A stretch of 64,000 nt of DNA from Sarea resinae (GCA_026026165.1 JAPEUD010000104.1:1-64000); one strand, 5' to 3'. Counted from the stretch's first letter, positions 8,486 through 22,781 are shown. Notes: generated by a model not told the origin, from the sequence alone. Program-made: numbers and translations.

Positions 8486-10204
8486 TGCAAATTGTTGTCA
8501 ATAGTCGGGCCGTGCATCAGGGCCACTCAAGAAAAGTCCACTCTAACATGCTTCTGAATGAATTGATATTTGTGACTCTCGTGACATTCTTATACTCGGC
8601 CGGTCTTTTTTGCTTGGACTTAGTGGATAGGCGTTTAGGCGCTTGTTTATCTGTCAGCTATTTTCTCTCATTCGCTAGCTTTCATTTGTAGTAATCAGGA
8701 TTTGTCTGTCTGGCGAGGTTTTGGTCCTTCGGGCGAAAATTATGAAAAAAAACCATTGCTTCAGTTCAGGACGGAAAGTGTGGCTAGCCAAATATTATAT
8801 CATTCTAAGCTAGAGCAAAGATAATGCCTTTCTTTTGGTCTATTCGGTTATATTCCACAATAATGTCGAGCAAAATGCAAAGATCCATGTCACAATTACT
8901 TGGGGACGACGGTGAAAAAGGGTTTTCGACAGATCCTACTTTATGAGGTATCGGCGGCGACCAAGGATGGCTGCATTTGTAAGCGGCAGAGGTCGAGACT
9001 GAGATCTAGCCGTTGGGCTCGAGTGGAACTCTGCTGGAGCTGCAGGACATAATGTCGAGAAGCAAGCCAAGAGGGGAGCATCCTCGCGAAAGAGCTTGCT
9101 CTTGTTTCACAAAGGAACCTGGTATAACTCGCACGAGAAGCACGCGAGCGGTACTACATCCAGAAATGATTCTGGCGCGGTCTTCTTATGCAAAAACCGG
9201 GTTCTGGACGAGTCCCTGCAAACCGGCGAAAAGGAAGATGACCGAAGATGGGTTCAATACATCACCGCGATTGTGTGCGGGAGGATATTTCGACGGGATG
9301 GATGGAGACGAAAATTATGCGGAACAGATGGAATCACTCGCAGGGCTAGAGCAAGGTGAAGATGTGTCGATCTTAGCAGCAGGATGCGTGGACCGAGAGC
9401 GGGAGAGTAAAAAAGTAATGGCGGATGTGGAGAGATAGTGGAGAAGTTTTGCTGGGAATTTTGGGTATCGTGATGGAAGAGATGGGTTTGGACGACCGTC
9501 GCCTCTCCAGAAAGTAGCGGGACCATGAAGGGAGACGATCAGGAAGGCTCCAGAGGCAATTGAACGGCTGCAGTTGCAGCTCCAAGCTTGACGCGAGAAA
9601 AGTATACGAGAATGAGGATGACATTGATGAAGACTAGAGTAATGAACTGCATAGGAGATTGAGCAAGGTAATTGAAAAGGAGATGGCAGCGGAAAGTACA
9701 AAATGTGCGATGAAAAGTCAAAAGCCGCGACTAGTGGGACGGAGATCAATAGCATGCCTTGCATCTAGATCTTGAATAGCGACACTCGGACGAAGACTCG
9801 AATAAATTGTGATGCAGAGTGGTGCGACGTTCCCATACTCCAGAAGATAGATCCTAGGCACTGAAGAGATATCGGCCTCTTATCTCAGTGTTGGCGTTCG
9901 GCGGTGCAAAGCGAATGCGAGCAGCGGTTCGTGCCGCAGTTGAAGCCTGATTGAGAGAGTCATTCCAAGATTGGATTGGGTCAGGGCTTGATCGGTGATT
10001 TTGGCCTGTGCTGTTGGAATTTGGTGCCTTCGGATCGCTCCACCCCAGATTGTATGAATAAAAGGATCGATAACCCTGCAATATGTGACTCAATTGTAAC
10101 CCTAACACATCAGTCCACTGCAAATGTAGTCTTCCCTCACCAGACTTCATGAACCTCGACACCGCGACAACTGGCGGGCTGATCAAAGGTCGTCATTATC
10201 GAGA

Positions 10205-12100
10205 ATGGCAATCCTCCACATAGGTCAACTATCTGAATGGCTCCGTTCCGTGCCCTCGAGACAAAAGCAAAATGCCTGGTTCATCTTGGCAACCGTGTAA
10301 GCCCGACTGAGAAAATTGCGGCAACTCCGTGCTTCATGCGGTATGTGCTCATGCAAATTCGAGTCAACCAGGTGCTCCGCAATGTTTCTTGATCTCGCCA
10401 ACCTCAGTGCGATCACGATTGCTTTGCCGACCATTCAAAAGGAACTCCATGTCAGCATTAGCAACTTGCAATGGATGATCTCAGCTTACGCCTTGACTGT
10501 TCGTGCCCCTTCCCTCCCCTTTGAGCAGCTTAGAGTTAAAATGTACAGTTTGGAGGCTTCTTGATGCTTGGCGGACGTGGAGGAGATATATTCGGGTTTG
10601 TCGATAAGATCCGTTAATTGTCAACATCTCATCGTGTTGTAGACATCGTCCAGTTCTCCTTTTCGGCATGAGTTTCTTCGCGTTATTCACCCTTGTTTGT
10701 GCTATGGCGCCGACATTCATTGGCCTCGTCATTGCGAGAGCGTTTCAAGGTATTTTACTCTATCGATATTATTCCCTTTTCTGACAGCGGGCAGGAATTG
10801 GAGCAGCTTTCACGATTCCTTCGGCGCAAGCCCATATTGCACTCCACTTTCCGGTCCCCGCGAAAAAGGCCACGGCACTGGGTTTCTGGGGGGCGTCAGG
10901 CTCTCTTGGTTTCATGTTAGTACTTTTCAAACGTCGATGCTTGCCCATCTGATCAACAGCCTCGGACTTATCCTAGGTGGAGTCCTCACGGATCTTCTTG
11001 GATGGCGCTGGATCTTCTGGGTCTCATTGATCTTCTCCGGCGTCGTGATTCCAGCGGCATTCTTCACTCTGCCGTACGCTGATCGTACTCACGGCCGTAC
11101 GACAGCCCCACCAGAAGATGCCGAAGCGGACGAGGGCCATCCTGTCCACTCGAGAACGCTGCTCCAGTCGATCAAAGAACGGCTGATCCGCTTCGACGCC
11201 ATCGGGATCGTCCTCGGCCTCCCCGGCATTCTCGTTCTGACCTACGCTCTCACGTCATCCAACACGAATGGCTGGGGATCTCCTCAGATCATTGCTACTC
11301 TGGTGGTTTCGGTCTTTCTCCTGGCATTGTTCGCGCTGCATGAACGTCGAGCAACCTCGGGAATCTTGGCGCCCCACTTGTTCCGCTCTATGAGCTTCAA
11401 CTTGACCTTGGTCTTGGCCGTCATCACGTATGCTGTTCGTCAGTCGTGCACGTATTTCCTCACCGTCCAGCTGCAGTCTTTCGGGAACAGCCCTATCCAC
11501 ACGTCGGTACTCTTTCTGCCTCTTGGAATCAGCGCCTTGATCTCCAATAGCATAGCCGGACGTCTGGTGCCACTCTTTGGAGCCCGGGCCATGTTCATAT
11601 GGGGCTGGGCTCTCTCGATGCCTGGCGTGCTTCTGTTTGCATTCATCGAGGATGATTCATCGTATTGGCGATTTACCTTCCCGGCCATGATACTTTACAT
11701 TGCGGGGATTGGTGCCGTCTATATCACCGCAAACTTTGTCGTGGTATCATCGGCATCAAAGTCGGACCAAGGTGCTGCCGCGGGCGTGTTTAACGTGGCT
11801 CTCCAGGTCGGCGGTTCCGTTCTTGGCCTTGCCATCTTGACTGCAATTGCGCAGGGCATGGAGAAACGCTATGGCCCGCCGCATAGAGCAGCCGGTGAGC
11901 TGACTCATGTGGGCTATAAAAGTGTGTATTACTCATGTGTGGTCCTCTGCGGTCTTGGATTAGTACTGAGCGCATTCGCCATCAACGTACCGGAAAACAT
12001 GAGGGGAAGTATTTGGAGAAAGCCTGTTCCTGCGGTGGAGGCCACAATCGAGCGACGGGAGGTTGATGCAAGATCGAATGAGATCGAGCTGAGTGGATGA
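10205..12100 (+). CDS. MFS drug:H+ antiporter, DHA2/Atr1-like (about 14 TM)
   Basis: Spliced N-terminus ...AMFLDLANLSAITIALPTIQKEL..LQWMISAYALT|FGGFLMLGGRGGDIFG|HRPV...ARAFQ|GIGAA; GLILGGVLTDLLGWRWIFW; DQGAAAGVFNVALQVGG. About five introns between 10297 and 10960. Confidence 0.92.
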
Positions 12101-12518
12101 AGAGAGCCGGTACCCAAACAAATTCAAGATATTAGGATCAACAATGCGGCTTGCCTTGAATTTAGGCTGTATTTATCTCTACCACTTGATCGCAAGCGTT
12201 AGAAATCAAACAATCATCTTGCCGCAGTCTACATTTAGTCATCAACCTGCATTGAATAGACTATTCACATCGGGTCAGTGCAATTGTTCTGGCTATTCTA
12301 AGAAAAATGGTAGCAAGAGGGTCATCTTTGCCAGACTTGGCTGTATCACCGAGGTAGATCGTATTACAGGATTGAATAAATTACTGGTCTCTAGAATAAA
12401 CAAGTGACCCGTTCCTTTTGACCCTTATCCTCAAAGCAAAAACGTCCTGAATAGCCACTTATCTCCACTTATCTGACAACACATGTACAGTATTACGAGA
12501 CCCAACCTGCCTGTATGC

Positions 12519-14360
12519 CTACATCACCCGAACCTGCGGAGACGGTATATCTTTAAACTGCGGGATGACACCCATCTTCTGCACAAACTCATCCATGGAT
12601 GGTTTAAAGGGCCACCCCTCCCACGCGACCGCAATCTCTTCAAACATCTCCGGGGTCAACATGCGCACCCTCATATCATCGAGGTCGAGCCGGCCGCCTT
12701 TGAACGGATTGCGAATACTCAAACAGCGAGGGAGGATATAGGCGGACGCGCCAGGCGCGAGAGCTTCCAGTCCTTCGCGGACGGTTTGCTTGGGCTGGAG
12801 GAACAAGAGGGATATGATATACGTATAATAATCGTAGACGTCAGAGGAATCGCGGAGACGTGGTGGCAGAGGTTTGGGCTGAATGTCCAGAAGAGCGAGA
12901 GGGACTTCCGGGAGAAATTCGTCAGGCTCTACGTTGAGAGGCTCCTGTGTCCGGCGGTCCCACATCAGGGTTGGGACGTCGGCCTCGAGGGCGCGCTTAT
13001 CGTCCGAGTAGAGCAGGATTCGGTCACGATCATTGGTATTCAAATTCTGTAACTTGGCATCCACATTCTTTTTGAGGTCTTCCCAAGGCTTTCGGATGGC
13101 CTCCGCGTCAGAAGATGGCCTCCCTTGTGCAACGGCCCGTTCAAGCCGATATAGATGATCTTGGTCCTGTCGTGACTGATCAAGCCTAGCTTGTCCTTGC
13201 AACTCTCGCCGCACATCACGCTCGAGCTGAAGGAGTCGGGCGTATTCAGGAGTAGCAGTACGATAGACACCCTTCTTTTTGCCTAACCGTCCGGCGATCT
13301 TGCTCTTTTTACCAGTGTCCAGTTGAGAGCTAGATAGAGTCGGCGGTGGATCCGTCTTGTATTTGGCCAGCTTGTTCTCCATAAATAATTGTCGGAGAGC
13401 GTCCATCTCTCGCTGTGCTTCTGATTGCTTGGTACCAGTGCCCCAAGACGATTGGCTGTGGACCGGCCTTTGGAGTTCTCTTTGCCGGTGAGATGAACAT
13501 GTCTTCGTGGACTTCAAAACTCTGGCCATGCTCTCCATCTCAAAGTCTGGATGTCTCGAGATGCTCCTCTTTGAGCTTGACGCGCATTTCTCCTGCATTC
13601 CGGCTATTTCAAAGATACGAGATGATGTCTCCGCAGTAACGGCGACTTTCCGCCGATCCGCTACTGCTTTTGGCAGGGTGAGCTTTTTATCTTGATCCGG
13701 TATCCATATCAGCATTCGCACCAGACCATACGCTTGAAAGATTGCATGCAGAGGTATAGCCGACAGAAGCTGGCTGACCAACAGATGCGACTCCGAGCCA
13801 AAGGTTCCATATTTCTTGGGTGGATGGCTGGCGAGAGTCGCCAAGAAAAGCAGAGAATTATTTGGCTGATCCAATCTGGCATCTCCAGCGGGCAGAACGT
13901 TTTGGTGCGGGAGTAGGCCTTCGTCCATCAGGCGACGATAGGATGCCCATTCGAAGCCAGAGTATGGAGCCAATCGGTACCGTGAATCGGGACGATCAAG
14001 CAGAGGCTTGAGGAAAGGCTCGTAGAGTGTAGCATCCGGCTCCAGCAGTATATGACTTCGAGGCTTGACGTGATCATGGAATTTAGAGGACCACAGGCCG
14101 GGGCCGGGATTGACCTCGATGATGTCGCAGTTTTCGTGGCGCTCCAGCGAAGGGGCAAGGTGGTCTAGAACATCATCTAGCGCAAAGTGTGAGCACCAGC
14201 ACATATGAGAAGGCATAGGGTGCATGTTCCCTTCAAACTTACCACATAAGCTAGAACTCACAATGTTGACTCTCTTCCTGTCGCCTGGGACCTTCCTCGG
14301 TCTACAAGCTCGTCTTGCGGCGAGAGTTGCGGCCAGAGGAAAGCGCGTCGTCATGGACAT
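12519..14360 (-). CDS. MTF1: Mitochondrial transcription factor Mtf1 (rRNA adenine dimethylase-like fold)
   Basis: RVNIVS..LC|DDVL...CDIIEVNPGPGLWSSKFHDHVKPRSHILLEPD and C-terminal MRVRMLT...WEGWPFKP; Arg-rich presequence-like N-terminus. Probable in-frame 66-nt intron at 14242-14177. Confidence 0.85.
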   Translation of the reverse strand: MSMTTRFPLAATLAARRACRPRKVPGDRKRVNIVSSSLCGKFEGNMHPMPSHMCWCSHFALDDVLDHLAPSLERHENCDIIEVNPGPGLWSSKFHDHVKPRSHILLEPDATLYEPFLKPLLDRPDSRYRLAPYSGFEWASYRRLMDEGLLPHQNVLPAGDARLDQPNNSLLFLATLASHPPKKYGTFGSESHLLVSQLLSAIPLHAIFQAYGLVRMLIWIPDQDKKLTLPKAVADRRKVAVTAETSSRIFEIAGMQEKCASSSKRSISRHPDFEMESMARVLKSTKTCSSHRQRELQRPVHSQSSWGTGTKQSEAQREMDALRQLFMENKLAKYKTDPPPTLSSSQLDTGKKSKIAGRLGKKKGVYRTATPEYARLLQLERDVRRELQGQARLDQSRQDQDHLYRLERAVAQGRPSSDAEAIRKPWEDLKKNVDAKLQNLNTNDRDRILLYSDDKRALEADVPTLMWDRRTQEPLNVEPDEFLPEVPLALLDIQPKPLPPRLRDSSDVYDYYTYIISLLFLQPKQTVREGLEALAPGASAYILPRCLSIRNPFKGGRLDLDDMRVRMLTPEMFEEIAVAWEGWPFKPSMDEFVQKMGVIPQFKDIPSPQVRVM

Positions 14361-14776
14361 TCGGTGCTTGAATGCATCGAGGCAACAGGTCGTTGACTGC
14401 ACAGATTTGTAGATGCAGGATCCTTGGAGGGTTAGGGTAATACGAAGAGTTGGCTGTGCAAGATGATGGGGAAGGTGATGGGTAGTGGGCGACAGGCGAT
14501 GTTGCGAAACAAAGATGTTGAAGCTTTGGATTTCGAGATACGATTAGATACGATTAGATACAGTGTGATAAGATAAGATGAGATATCCTCGCCCCACCCA
14601 ACCGACTCCTCCACGTCTCTCAGTCCGTGGGCGATCCTCGACCATCTTCGATGTTGTTTGGCTGACGCGTCCCATAGGACAATGGACGACGCCCTCGAAC
14701 TTCCTCTCCCTCCTCTTCTTTATCCTCAACAACCTTATTGATAGATTGCGAAACCGTGGCATCCGTCTCGGCCACC

Positions 14777-16468
14777 ATGTATACCATGGCAGAGGCTGGC
14801 GCGTCTCATGCCGTGTCGCGGCCGCTGAATGTCCATCAGATTGTCGAACGGGCTCAGAACTTCGACTACAATCCTTTGATCCCACTCAAGTACTGGCTTC
14901 GGACGGCAGACACATTACTCAAGGAGGTGGGTGCTCCCACATTCGACAGCCTATGGCCCATCTAATGTGGTGCAGGCAAGAATCTACGAGCGAGAAGGCA
15001 ACGACCAACAGGCATATCTCCTCCTCTTCAGGCACGCCCAGCTGGTACTCGGCAACCTTACGGGCCACCCCGATGCACGGAGCCCTGAGAATCGAATAGC
15101 ACTGGCCGAAGCCAACTACGCCGTCAACAAGAATCTCGCCAAGCTCGAAGTTCTCAAGCCAAGGATCAACAAGCGCTACGAGCGGTACGAGCAACTCCTT
15201 CGGGAGCGAGAAGAGCAGAGGGCAGCTTTAGCCAACCAAAAAGGCGATCCGTACGATGGCTGTAACGTATCGATACCCCACAGGCGCGAACCGTCTGATT
15301 CCGCGCTCGCCACCCGCGCCAGGCCGGTTGCGGCAGAGGACAATCGAGACTTGGCTGTGGACCTTGCGCACAGGGAGATTCGCAGACGGCAGACGGTTCG
15401 AGAAGCCGTGCGCCGTTCGGAGATAGAGCCAGAGGACTATACCCTATCGCAAGGATTGCAAGAAGCCAGAAGGCGCATTGACAGCTCACAGAAGGAAAAG
15501 GCTGCATTTGAAGGTCGAAGAACCTCGTCACCAAAGATACCCAGCCCCTCGATACGATCGTCGTACCGGTATCCCTCCGTCCCAACAAAGAGCTCCTATC
15601 CTTCTCTATTGCCTTCCTCGGCCGACAGGCATCCCCCGTCCTTTGCAGGTGAACTCAAGCCTCCCGTTATACCACCAAAACAACACTCCGTAGACCCCCC
15701 CGGAATTCCACCTCTAGTACCCGGAAAATTACCTCTTTCTTCTCCATCCCCTCCTTCGGAGCCCATATCCCGCTCCTCGACCAGCACACCGGACCCCACA
15801 CAACCAGCATCCTTCACCTTCCAGCCCTCGGCCTACCTCGAGAACGGCACTCCCCTGCGTACGATCTTCCTGCCCCCAACCCTGCGGACATCGTTCCTCG
15901 ACATCGCTCGGCCAAACACCATGGCCAACCTCGAAACGTGCGGGATCCTCTGCGGCACACTCATCTCCAACGCGTTGTTCATCTCGAAGCTCGTGATCCC
16001 GGAGCAGGAGAGCACGCCGGACACGTGCGAGACGATCAACGAGAGCGCGCTCTTCGACTACTGCGACTCCGAGGATCTCATGGTGCTGGGCTGGATCCAC
16101 ACGCATCCGAGCCAGACGTGTTTCATGAGCAGCCGCGACCTGCATACGCATTGTGGGTATCAGGTCATGATGCCCGAAAGCATTGCCATTGTGTGTGCTC
16201 CGAGCAAGGAACCTTCGTGAGTTCCTCCCTTCCTATCGTCATACGTCTGCATACCCAGCCACTAATGCATGAGGATTCCACCAACAGATGGGGCATCTTC
16301 CGTCTTACCGACCCGCCGGGCATGAAAACGATTCTGAATTGCACAATGACAGGCCTCTTCCATCCCCACAGCGAGACGAACACTTATACTGATGCTTTAC
16401 GACCTGGCCACGTGTTCGAAGCAAAGGGTCTCGAGTTTGAGGTCGTAGACCTTCGGCCTGGTCACTGA
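14777..16468 (+). CDS. AMSH/STAMBP-like JAMM metallo-deubiquitinase
   Basis: N-terminal USP8-dimer/MIT-like region (YWLRTADTLLKE|ARIYEREGNDQQAYLLLFRHA) and MPN+ motif ETCGILCG...LGWIHTHPSQTCFMSSRDLHTH...FHPH. Introns at 14927-14975 and 16217-16287. The start could be 14777 or 14786. Confidence 0.95.
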
Positions 16469-16773
16469 CCACCTAGGTCGGATTGCAATATCATATTGCT
16501 AAATCTTATCTGGATATCACGAAAGCATAGCGGCGGCGTTAAAATTTCCTTGCTTTCTTTTGCTTTTCACATTGTCGGGCATACTCTCGTAGCTAGCTAT
16601 TTTACAAGCCAATACTCATACAGCAAGAAACAATGGCCTCCTTCCCTTCTTTGCCTTGATCGTTCATCACTGAAAAACCCTCTGAGCCATGAACCCCCTT
16701 AAACAGCAACGCCGATACATACAACTCCATCATACCGCCCAGAACCGCACCTTATCCCTTCAACTGAACACTC

Positions 16774-19700
16774 CTACTGCACGTCCCTACTAGCCATCCA
16801 AACGGCAGCCCTGAGCCCTTCTACAACCTCAGTGCCCAACCATTTTATTCTTTCCCCACGAGCCTGCACCTCTTCAGCCCAACGGAACAAGACCCTCAGA
16901 TTCCACAGTCGATCTCTCTCCCCACTGCCCAAGCAAGCCTTTTCCAGTACAAGGCGATCATCAACAACGGTGCCCTCCGTGCCAGCATGAACCGGGCTAC
17001 CGGCATCAGGCGGCAGGACGAGCGCTCGCTCTGCCTGGTCCAGTCCAGCAAACGCAGGCAGGGTGAAGATCCACTGGAAGATCTGCCGGCCAACCTGTGA
17101 GGTTTGGGATGCGTTGAGCGCCTGCAGCGTAGCGCTGAAGACGGAGGCATGAGTATTGTGTGCGGGACGCTGGCGGACGTAGATGGTCTGGTAGCGTCGG
17201 ATGGCGGCCACGTGAGAAGGGTTGTTGGCAAAGTCGAGTGTGACGCTCCAGTGTTCGGGACTAGTTGTTTGAATGGTGGCAATGTCGTCCAACTCCGGAA
17301 GAAGACAAGGTGCATTAAGCATGTGCTTTGTGCCATTGCGGAGAGTGACTGTAACAGATACCAAAGTTGGGCGATGAGTCTCAACATCTCGCGCAATCAG
17401 ACACCTTGCTTCCGTGGCAAGGACCCAGAAATGTCGAAAGGCCTGGAGATGAGATTTGTTATCCATGATAGAGGTGGGAAAGAGCGGGTAGAATGCGCAG
17501 ACAAGAGAGGCAATGGCGAGATTGGACGTTCCAAAGGTATAACTTCCACCACCCAGGAAAAGAACTCCAATGGCAACGTGAGCGGCTAGATGAGAGCCAT
17601 AAGAGGTATCAGGATCCACGCGACCGTGGAGAGAGCGTAAGCGGCGAAAAAGGTGAAGATCGCCAGTGCCGGCCATCACACTCGCCGCGGACAACGCAAC
17701 AATATCCTGGCAATTCCGAACGGTGCTACGGGTGAGCTTTGCATCATAGTTGAGAGCAGGCAATCTGCAGAGGCGGGTGAACTGATCGAGATAGTGTACC
17801 AAAAGCTTCCGCACTTCAAGAGATCTCGAACCAGCAAACCGAAGGCCAATACTAAAGCAGAGTCCGGCGAGAATATTGAAAAAGGGCATATCTTCACTGC
17901 TCAACGTCTGCTTGGACTTGAGCCGCGACTTATCACGATATGGCACGGGCAGACACTTTCGAATCCAGGAATGGGTAGCCTCGATGTCATTCCACATGAT
18001 CAAATGCCTCGCCAAGGTTCGCAGAAGAAAGATGTCCGGTCGGACATAGTCGAACTGGAGGATTGTGTCCGGAATGTCAATCTTGCGCGCCAATGCTTCA
18101 TCCTGAGTCTTCATGAAGATCAGCGCAATAGCTATGGTAGCAGCTGCGGTAGCTTTGTCAAGAACGTGAACAAGGCTGACTTTCCTATTCCCAACAGCAA
18201 GAGAGAGTAATCGCTTAACGATGTGCATATCGTGCAACCCTTTCAGATCCTTTCCCTTTCCAAGATTAATAAACCCAAGGGCAAAGCCGGCTGCGAGTCG
18301 GTAGCCCTCGTCTCGAAGACCATCTGGGTTTAGGGTCTCATCAATATGCTCGATTTCGGAAAGCATCACCTCGCTCATCCGGCGATGCTGGGTGTTGCAG
18401 TAGAGCAATCCGATGCCCATGATTCCCGTAGTCTGAGTCAAAGGAGAGAGATTCAGCTCTGCGGCGCCAGGTGGAAGCATACGAGTGACATGGACCGAGA
18501 GAAGACGAGTCACCAAGGTGTCCATAGTTCCAAGGTAAGACGCGGAAAGCCCCAGCAATAAGCCGATAGAAGTCATGGTATGCTTCGGAGTGAGATACTT
18601 AAAGGCAACCCATTTGGCAATAGACTTGAGATGGCCATTCAGACCCAAGGCCAAGAGAAATCCCGCATGGCGATTGCTCAGCTCGCTTGGCTTGTTGAAA
18701 ACAATCCACGATGTGTCTATCCCTTTTGCCTCTCTCGAGATGCTCAAGCCAGCAGCGACCCCAGAATGGAAGAAAGCCCAGCCAATCTTTTCTTCAGAGT
18801 AGGCATTCTTATCCGCAGTCACCGTATTGTTTGAAGGCTTCATTACGCAACTCAAGTTGAAGCCGCTGACTGGGACTCGCTCAGTCAACAAGGGGACACG
18901 AGCACTATAGTAGAGCAAAGCGCGCCCAGAGGAAACAGCCAAAGTCCGGATAGCAACAACCTGAGCAAGCTCCTTTTGGGCCTCGAGGAGATCTGATTCC
19001 GACCATTCCGGTTCGGGGGCGCAGCGGGCCACGGTAGGCTTCATCTGATTCAGGAGTTTGGAGGCCTCGGCAAAACGACGATCTTCGCGGAATATTAATC
19101 TTGTGACAGCGACTCGGTCAAGTTCCGCGGATCCGTCAAATGAGCCAATGTTTTCGATTTCGCTCGTGCTATTGCACACGCTGTGAATATCCCGAGTAGC
19201 TTCGTGGGTAGGCGCCTGCGCGAATGTCAGGACTCGCAGAAAGTCAATAGCGAAAAACTTACCATTGTTGATCCAGACGGAACTTTGGGTTCTTCCTCCT
19301 GAAGAAGCATCCTCAAGTCGACCCTACCGATGATATCAAGTACTCCTGCATTCCAGGTTGTTGGAGGTCGGGCTTGGGAGCTGATGATTGCATCCCGTAA
19401 CGGGGCAACTAGTCCTTCAGGGAGATACTCCAACATTCGGATGCTGATACCAGCTTTCACCATTGCCTGCACTCGCTCGCTGGACGTTTGGCCGGATTCG
19501 TTCGCCCGAGAGAAGATCTCAGCAAGAACGGCAGTTTGCGGAGTCATCTTTGAAGAGGCAAGAGAGCTTTCGCGGGACAAACTTGGAGAAACAATATCTA
19601 AAAGGGAAAGGAATGGTTTGGGCTTTTGGTCGCCGAAGCATCCCTCAGACCACTCGTAGATGGACGGTGGCAGAAACGGTTGAGGCGGCACAGCTAGGCC

Positions 19701-22700
19701 ATTGATGCTCGCTGAGGCGGTCAGAAACAAACACTCCACAGAACTTGATCACTTACTATCTTCAAAGAACCACTGATCAATGTCCTCATCTTCATTGCCA
19801 TAGTACCCCTCGTGTCCCCAGCTCCATGATTCCCACCCAAGCCAGCCCCCAAGTTGGGCGAGCACAGGAAGGAGTTCATTCTTTCTGGAGGTAGAGGAGT
19901 TGAGTTTTTGATTTTCGTAAACGAGATGCAAGGCGACGAGGGTCGTGGCAAGTGCGGTGCGTTGTATGTCGGGATGTCGGGATGCTGCAGTGGGCGTATA
20001 TCCTTGCTGGTCAAAAGCTCTCTTCCCAGAGGGTGTTTTGAGAAACTCTCGGGCAAAAGCCGAACAGGTTAAGAGGAATGGATTTTTCCCCGCCGGAGGA
20101 TAATTATTGGACGCGTCAGCCGGTAGCTCGTCGTCTATTCCATCGAGCCACTTCCATGCAGGACTCTTCAGCCACTTGGGACCGCATCCGAGTCCACTCT
20201 CTTGATTGAGCATTGCTTCGCAGTTTGCGTCCGAGTGCGCCGCTGTTCTCGCTGTAGAGACGCGGTTCTGCTTCCGCTGCTGGACTGACAATTTCGAATT
20301 GCCATTGTCAATAAAAGCCACTGCCATGGTGAATAGCACAACCACAAGAGAAGTCCACTCGTCATTAAGAAAACAGTCTTTCTGGCCTTGGAGCCACTTC
20401 CAGACTTCCCACCAAGCAACAAGGATTCCTTCTCCCGCTCGATCGTGTCCAGGAAGAACGAATCGACACACGTCCAGTATTAGCCGAACCTGTTCATTCC
20501 GTGGCTGTAGCTGAACCTGTAGCCTATGTCGTCTTCCTCTATCATCCAGCACGTCTACTTTACCATTTGTCGAGGTGTGCAGAAGTCGTAAAAGAGCCCG
20601 CGGTTCATCTCCCAAGACCTCTTCTACATCGCCATAGTAAAAAGAAAGTCCAAGTCGATACGGATCTTGGGCCCGCAGTGTTGATGGCAATTCGACTTTC
20701 ATTAGGGCACTCCATGGTGCTTGCAGTGTTAGCTCACCGTGTCCATCGTTCGTTTCACTCAAAACCAAGATACGCGAGATAGCTCCATCTGTAAGCTTGA
20801 CGGCATCCAAGACGCCAGTACCGCATTTGACATCAACAACTGCGGCCAAAGGGCGAACATTCTGTAGAGATGATTTGCGGTTTGATTGCCTCCGGATCTC
20901 AATCGTTAGCACTAGGAGCTTCCTCTCCTTCGCATCATGTATACACATAAATGTATACTCGGGACTAGTCCCTCGACTTCCTTGCGGAGCAGCAAGAGTA
21001 AAGACTTTGGTGTTCTGATAGCCCTGAAGTGGAAATGAACTCGCTGGTTGGGGTTGATCTATCCCAAAATCTTGGATTTTGGTCATCAAGACTTCTTTCT
21101 TTAATCCCGAGAGTGAGTCCTCAAAACCCAGAATATCCGATTCTTCAGAGTCGCTAAAGCCATCCAGACCCTCAAGCAGTTCATCTGATGGAATCTCGTC
21201 TCTTTCGATGTTTGGGTATATCTTATTGCCAGGCACAGATACTCTCCGTGAAGGATCAGCAATTCCACCAAAGCTACCACGGCTGCTGTATCCCCCAAAA
21301 GATTCTCCTCGTCTGCTGGCCCCAGCAAAACTGGTGTTGCCGGCATGGCTACTTGCCAAGTCGGAGAATGCCATCTTATCGTAGCTTGATGATAGATCGG
21401 CGCGAGCAAGCAAGGAACTCACTCTCCGGGATTGCTCGGCAGGAGCATTAGGATAGTTGAAATCAGGGTCCAGTTGGGAGGCCAGCTCATCCTTGTCGTC
21501 AAGCTTGCTTTCTTTTCGTTTGTCAAAGGGAATGTTTGCATGTGTCGATGCCAATGGATTCTGCGCTCGCAGCGATCCGCCAAAACTATCTCGTACGTTA
21601 GGGGTAGTGGCCCCTGTTCCAGGCGCGTAGGAGCTTCTGCGGCGCGATTGGCTACCGCTGGGAGCGAGCGTGCGCCTCCTAGAAGGTGCCGCGATTGTTT
21701 CCGGTTCTGCATAATTGACGCTCCAGACAGTGTACATTCGCGTCTCCCGATTGATCGTAAGAGCAAGAGTCAACGGCGATTCTTCGTCTCTAGCAGAAGT
21801 CAAATCATTCGTAGAGATATAGAGCATTTCTTCGGAAGTGTTTACTGGCTCATTGGCGGTGCGATCCCAAGCGTTGCCAGAAGCACGCGATTGCTTTGAT
21901 GTTTCTGCAACAACTAGACCCATCTCGGACAAAGGATCGACAAGGGAAAATAGCCTTGGAAGGCCTTTATCATCACCTTGACGTGCCGAGATTACATCAT
22001 CCAACAGAGACGTAGTCGGCACCGGTAACCGGGGAGGTGGGGCAAGACCAGCAATAAATCCAGCCTGTTGAGAGCTTGGTGCCGACCACGGCTGGGCCTG
22101 GGAGGACACGAACGAGTTTGGCGGGGCCGGTGGAGCACTCTGAGATGCAGATTGAAGGGTTGAAGCCGATATCCTCCGCTGTATAATCACTCCATGAGGA
22201 GCTGGGAGTACTGAGTCAACTTCAAACGGGAGATGAACCACATGACTGGTACCGGAAAGGTAATAGACATGAGCTTGGGTCTTGAGGAAGACAACCAACG
22301 CCCGTTGACGATCTTCGACCGGTTTGCTCGAAGGGCTGCCTTCCTTCGGGTTCGAATTCCCGTTTGTACCGTTTGCCCCCAACTGGGCGTTATATGACTG
22401 AGCCTTCGAGGACCAGCCGGCCGTGGGCGGCGTAGCAGAACCGTTACGAATCCCTTTCCCAGGCCCATTGGCATTAGCCCTCCGCAAAGATTCATCCGCT
22501 GGAAACCAGGTGAAGACTGCTTGTACAATCCTCTCGCCTTCGACGTCGAACCGAAATAGCCTTCGCACGACGCCGCTTTGAGACCAGGCCACGCAATTCT
22601 CCGTCAAAAGCAGCTCCTCCTCTCCACAAAGGTCCAGGTCCTCTCCACAGTCCAGCCCATCTGGAGTGACTGATTGCCAGGTATAGAGATTGTCTGCGGG

Positions 22701-22781
22701 GTTAGAGGGCAGAATACCCTCTGCGACGAGGTAAGGCAGGGCCGAAGGTGTATGGACGCCGAGAGACGTTACGGATGCCAT
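16774..22781 (-). CDS. APC1: Anaphase-promoting complex subunit 1 (BimE)
   Basis: Three ORFs joined by introns at 19756-19712 and 19262-19216. PC-repeat motifs WAFFHSGVAAGL, HAGFLLALGLNGHL, EGYRLAAGFALGFINLG and DNKSHLQAFRHFWVLA. Confidence 0.95.

Noticed and set aside
8860..9440. Coding-like fragments (ORFs 9013-9438 and 9096-9359) between the nitrilase and MFS genes
   Set aside because: No consistent spliced frame or recognisable motif. Possibly a decayed gene, but I cannot support a call.
10097..10106. TAACCCTAAC, identical to a fungal telomerase-RNA template; similar telomere-like words at 14429-14438 and 38672-38682
   Set aside because: The first lies 100 nt upstream of the MFS ATG and the second just upstream of MTF1, leaving no room for a ~2-kb TER. 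The third sits in decayed coding-like DNA with no recognisable pseudoknot or three-way junction. Chance matches or, at most, telobox-like promoter sites.
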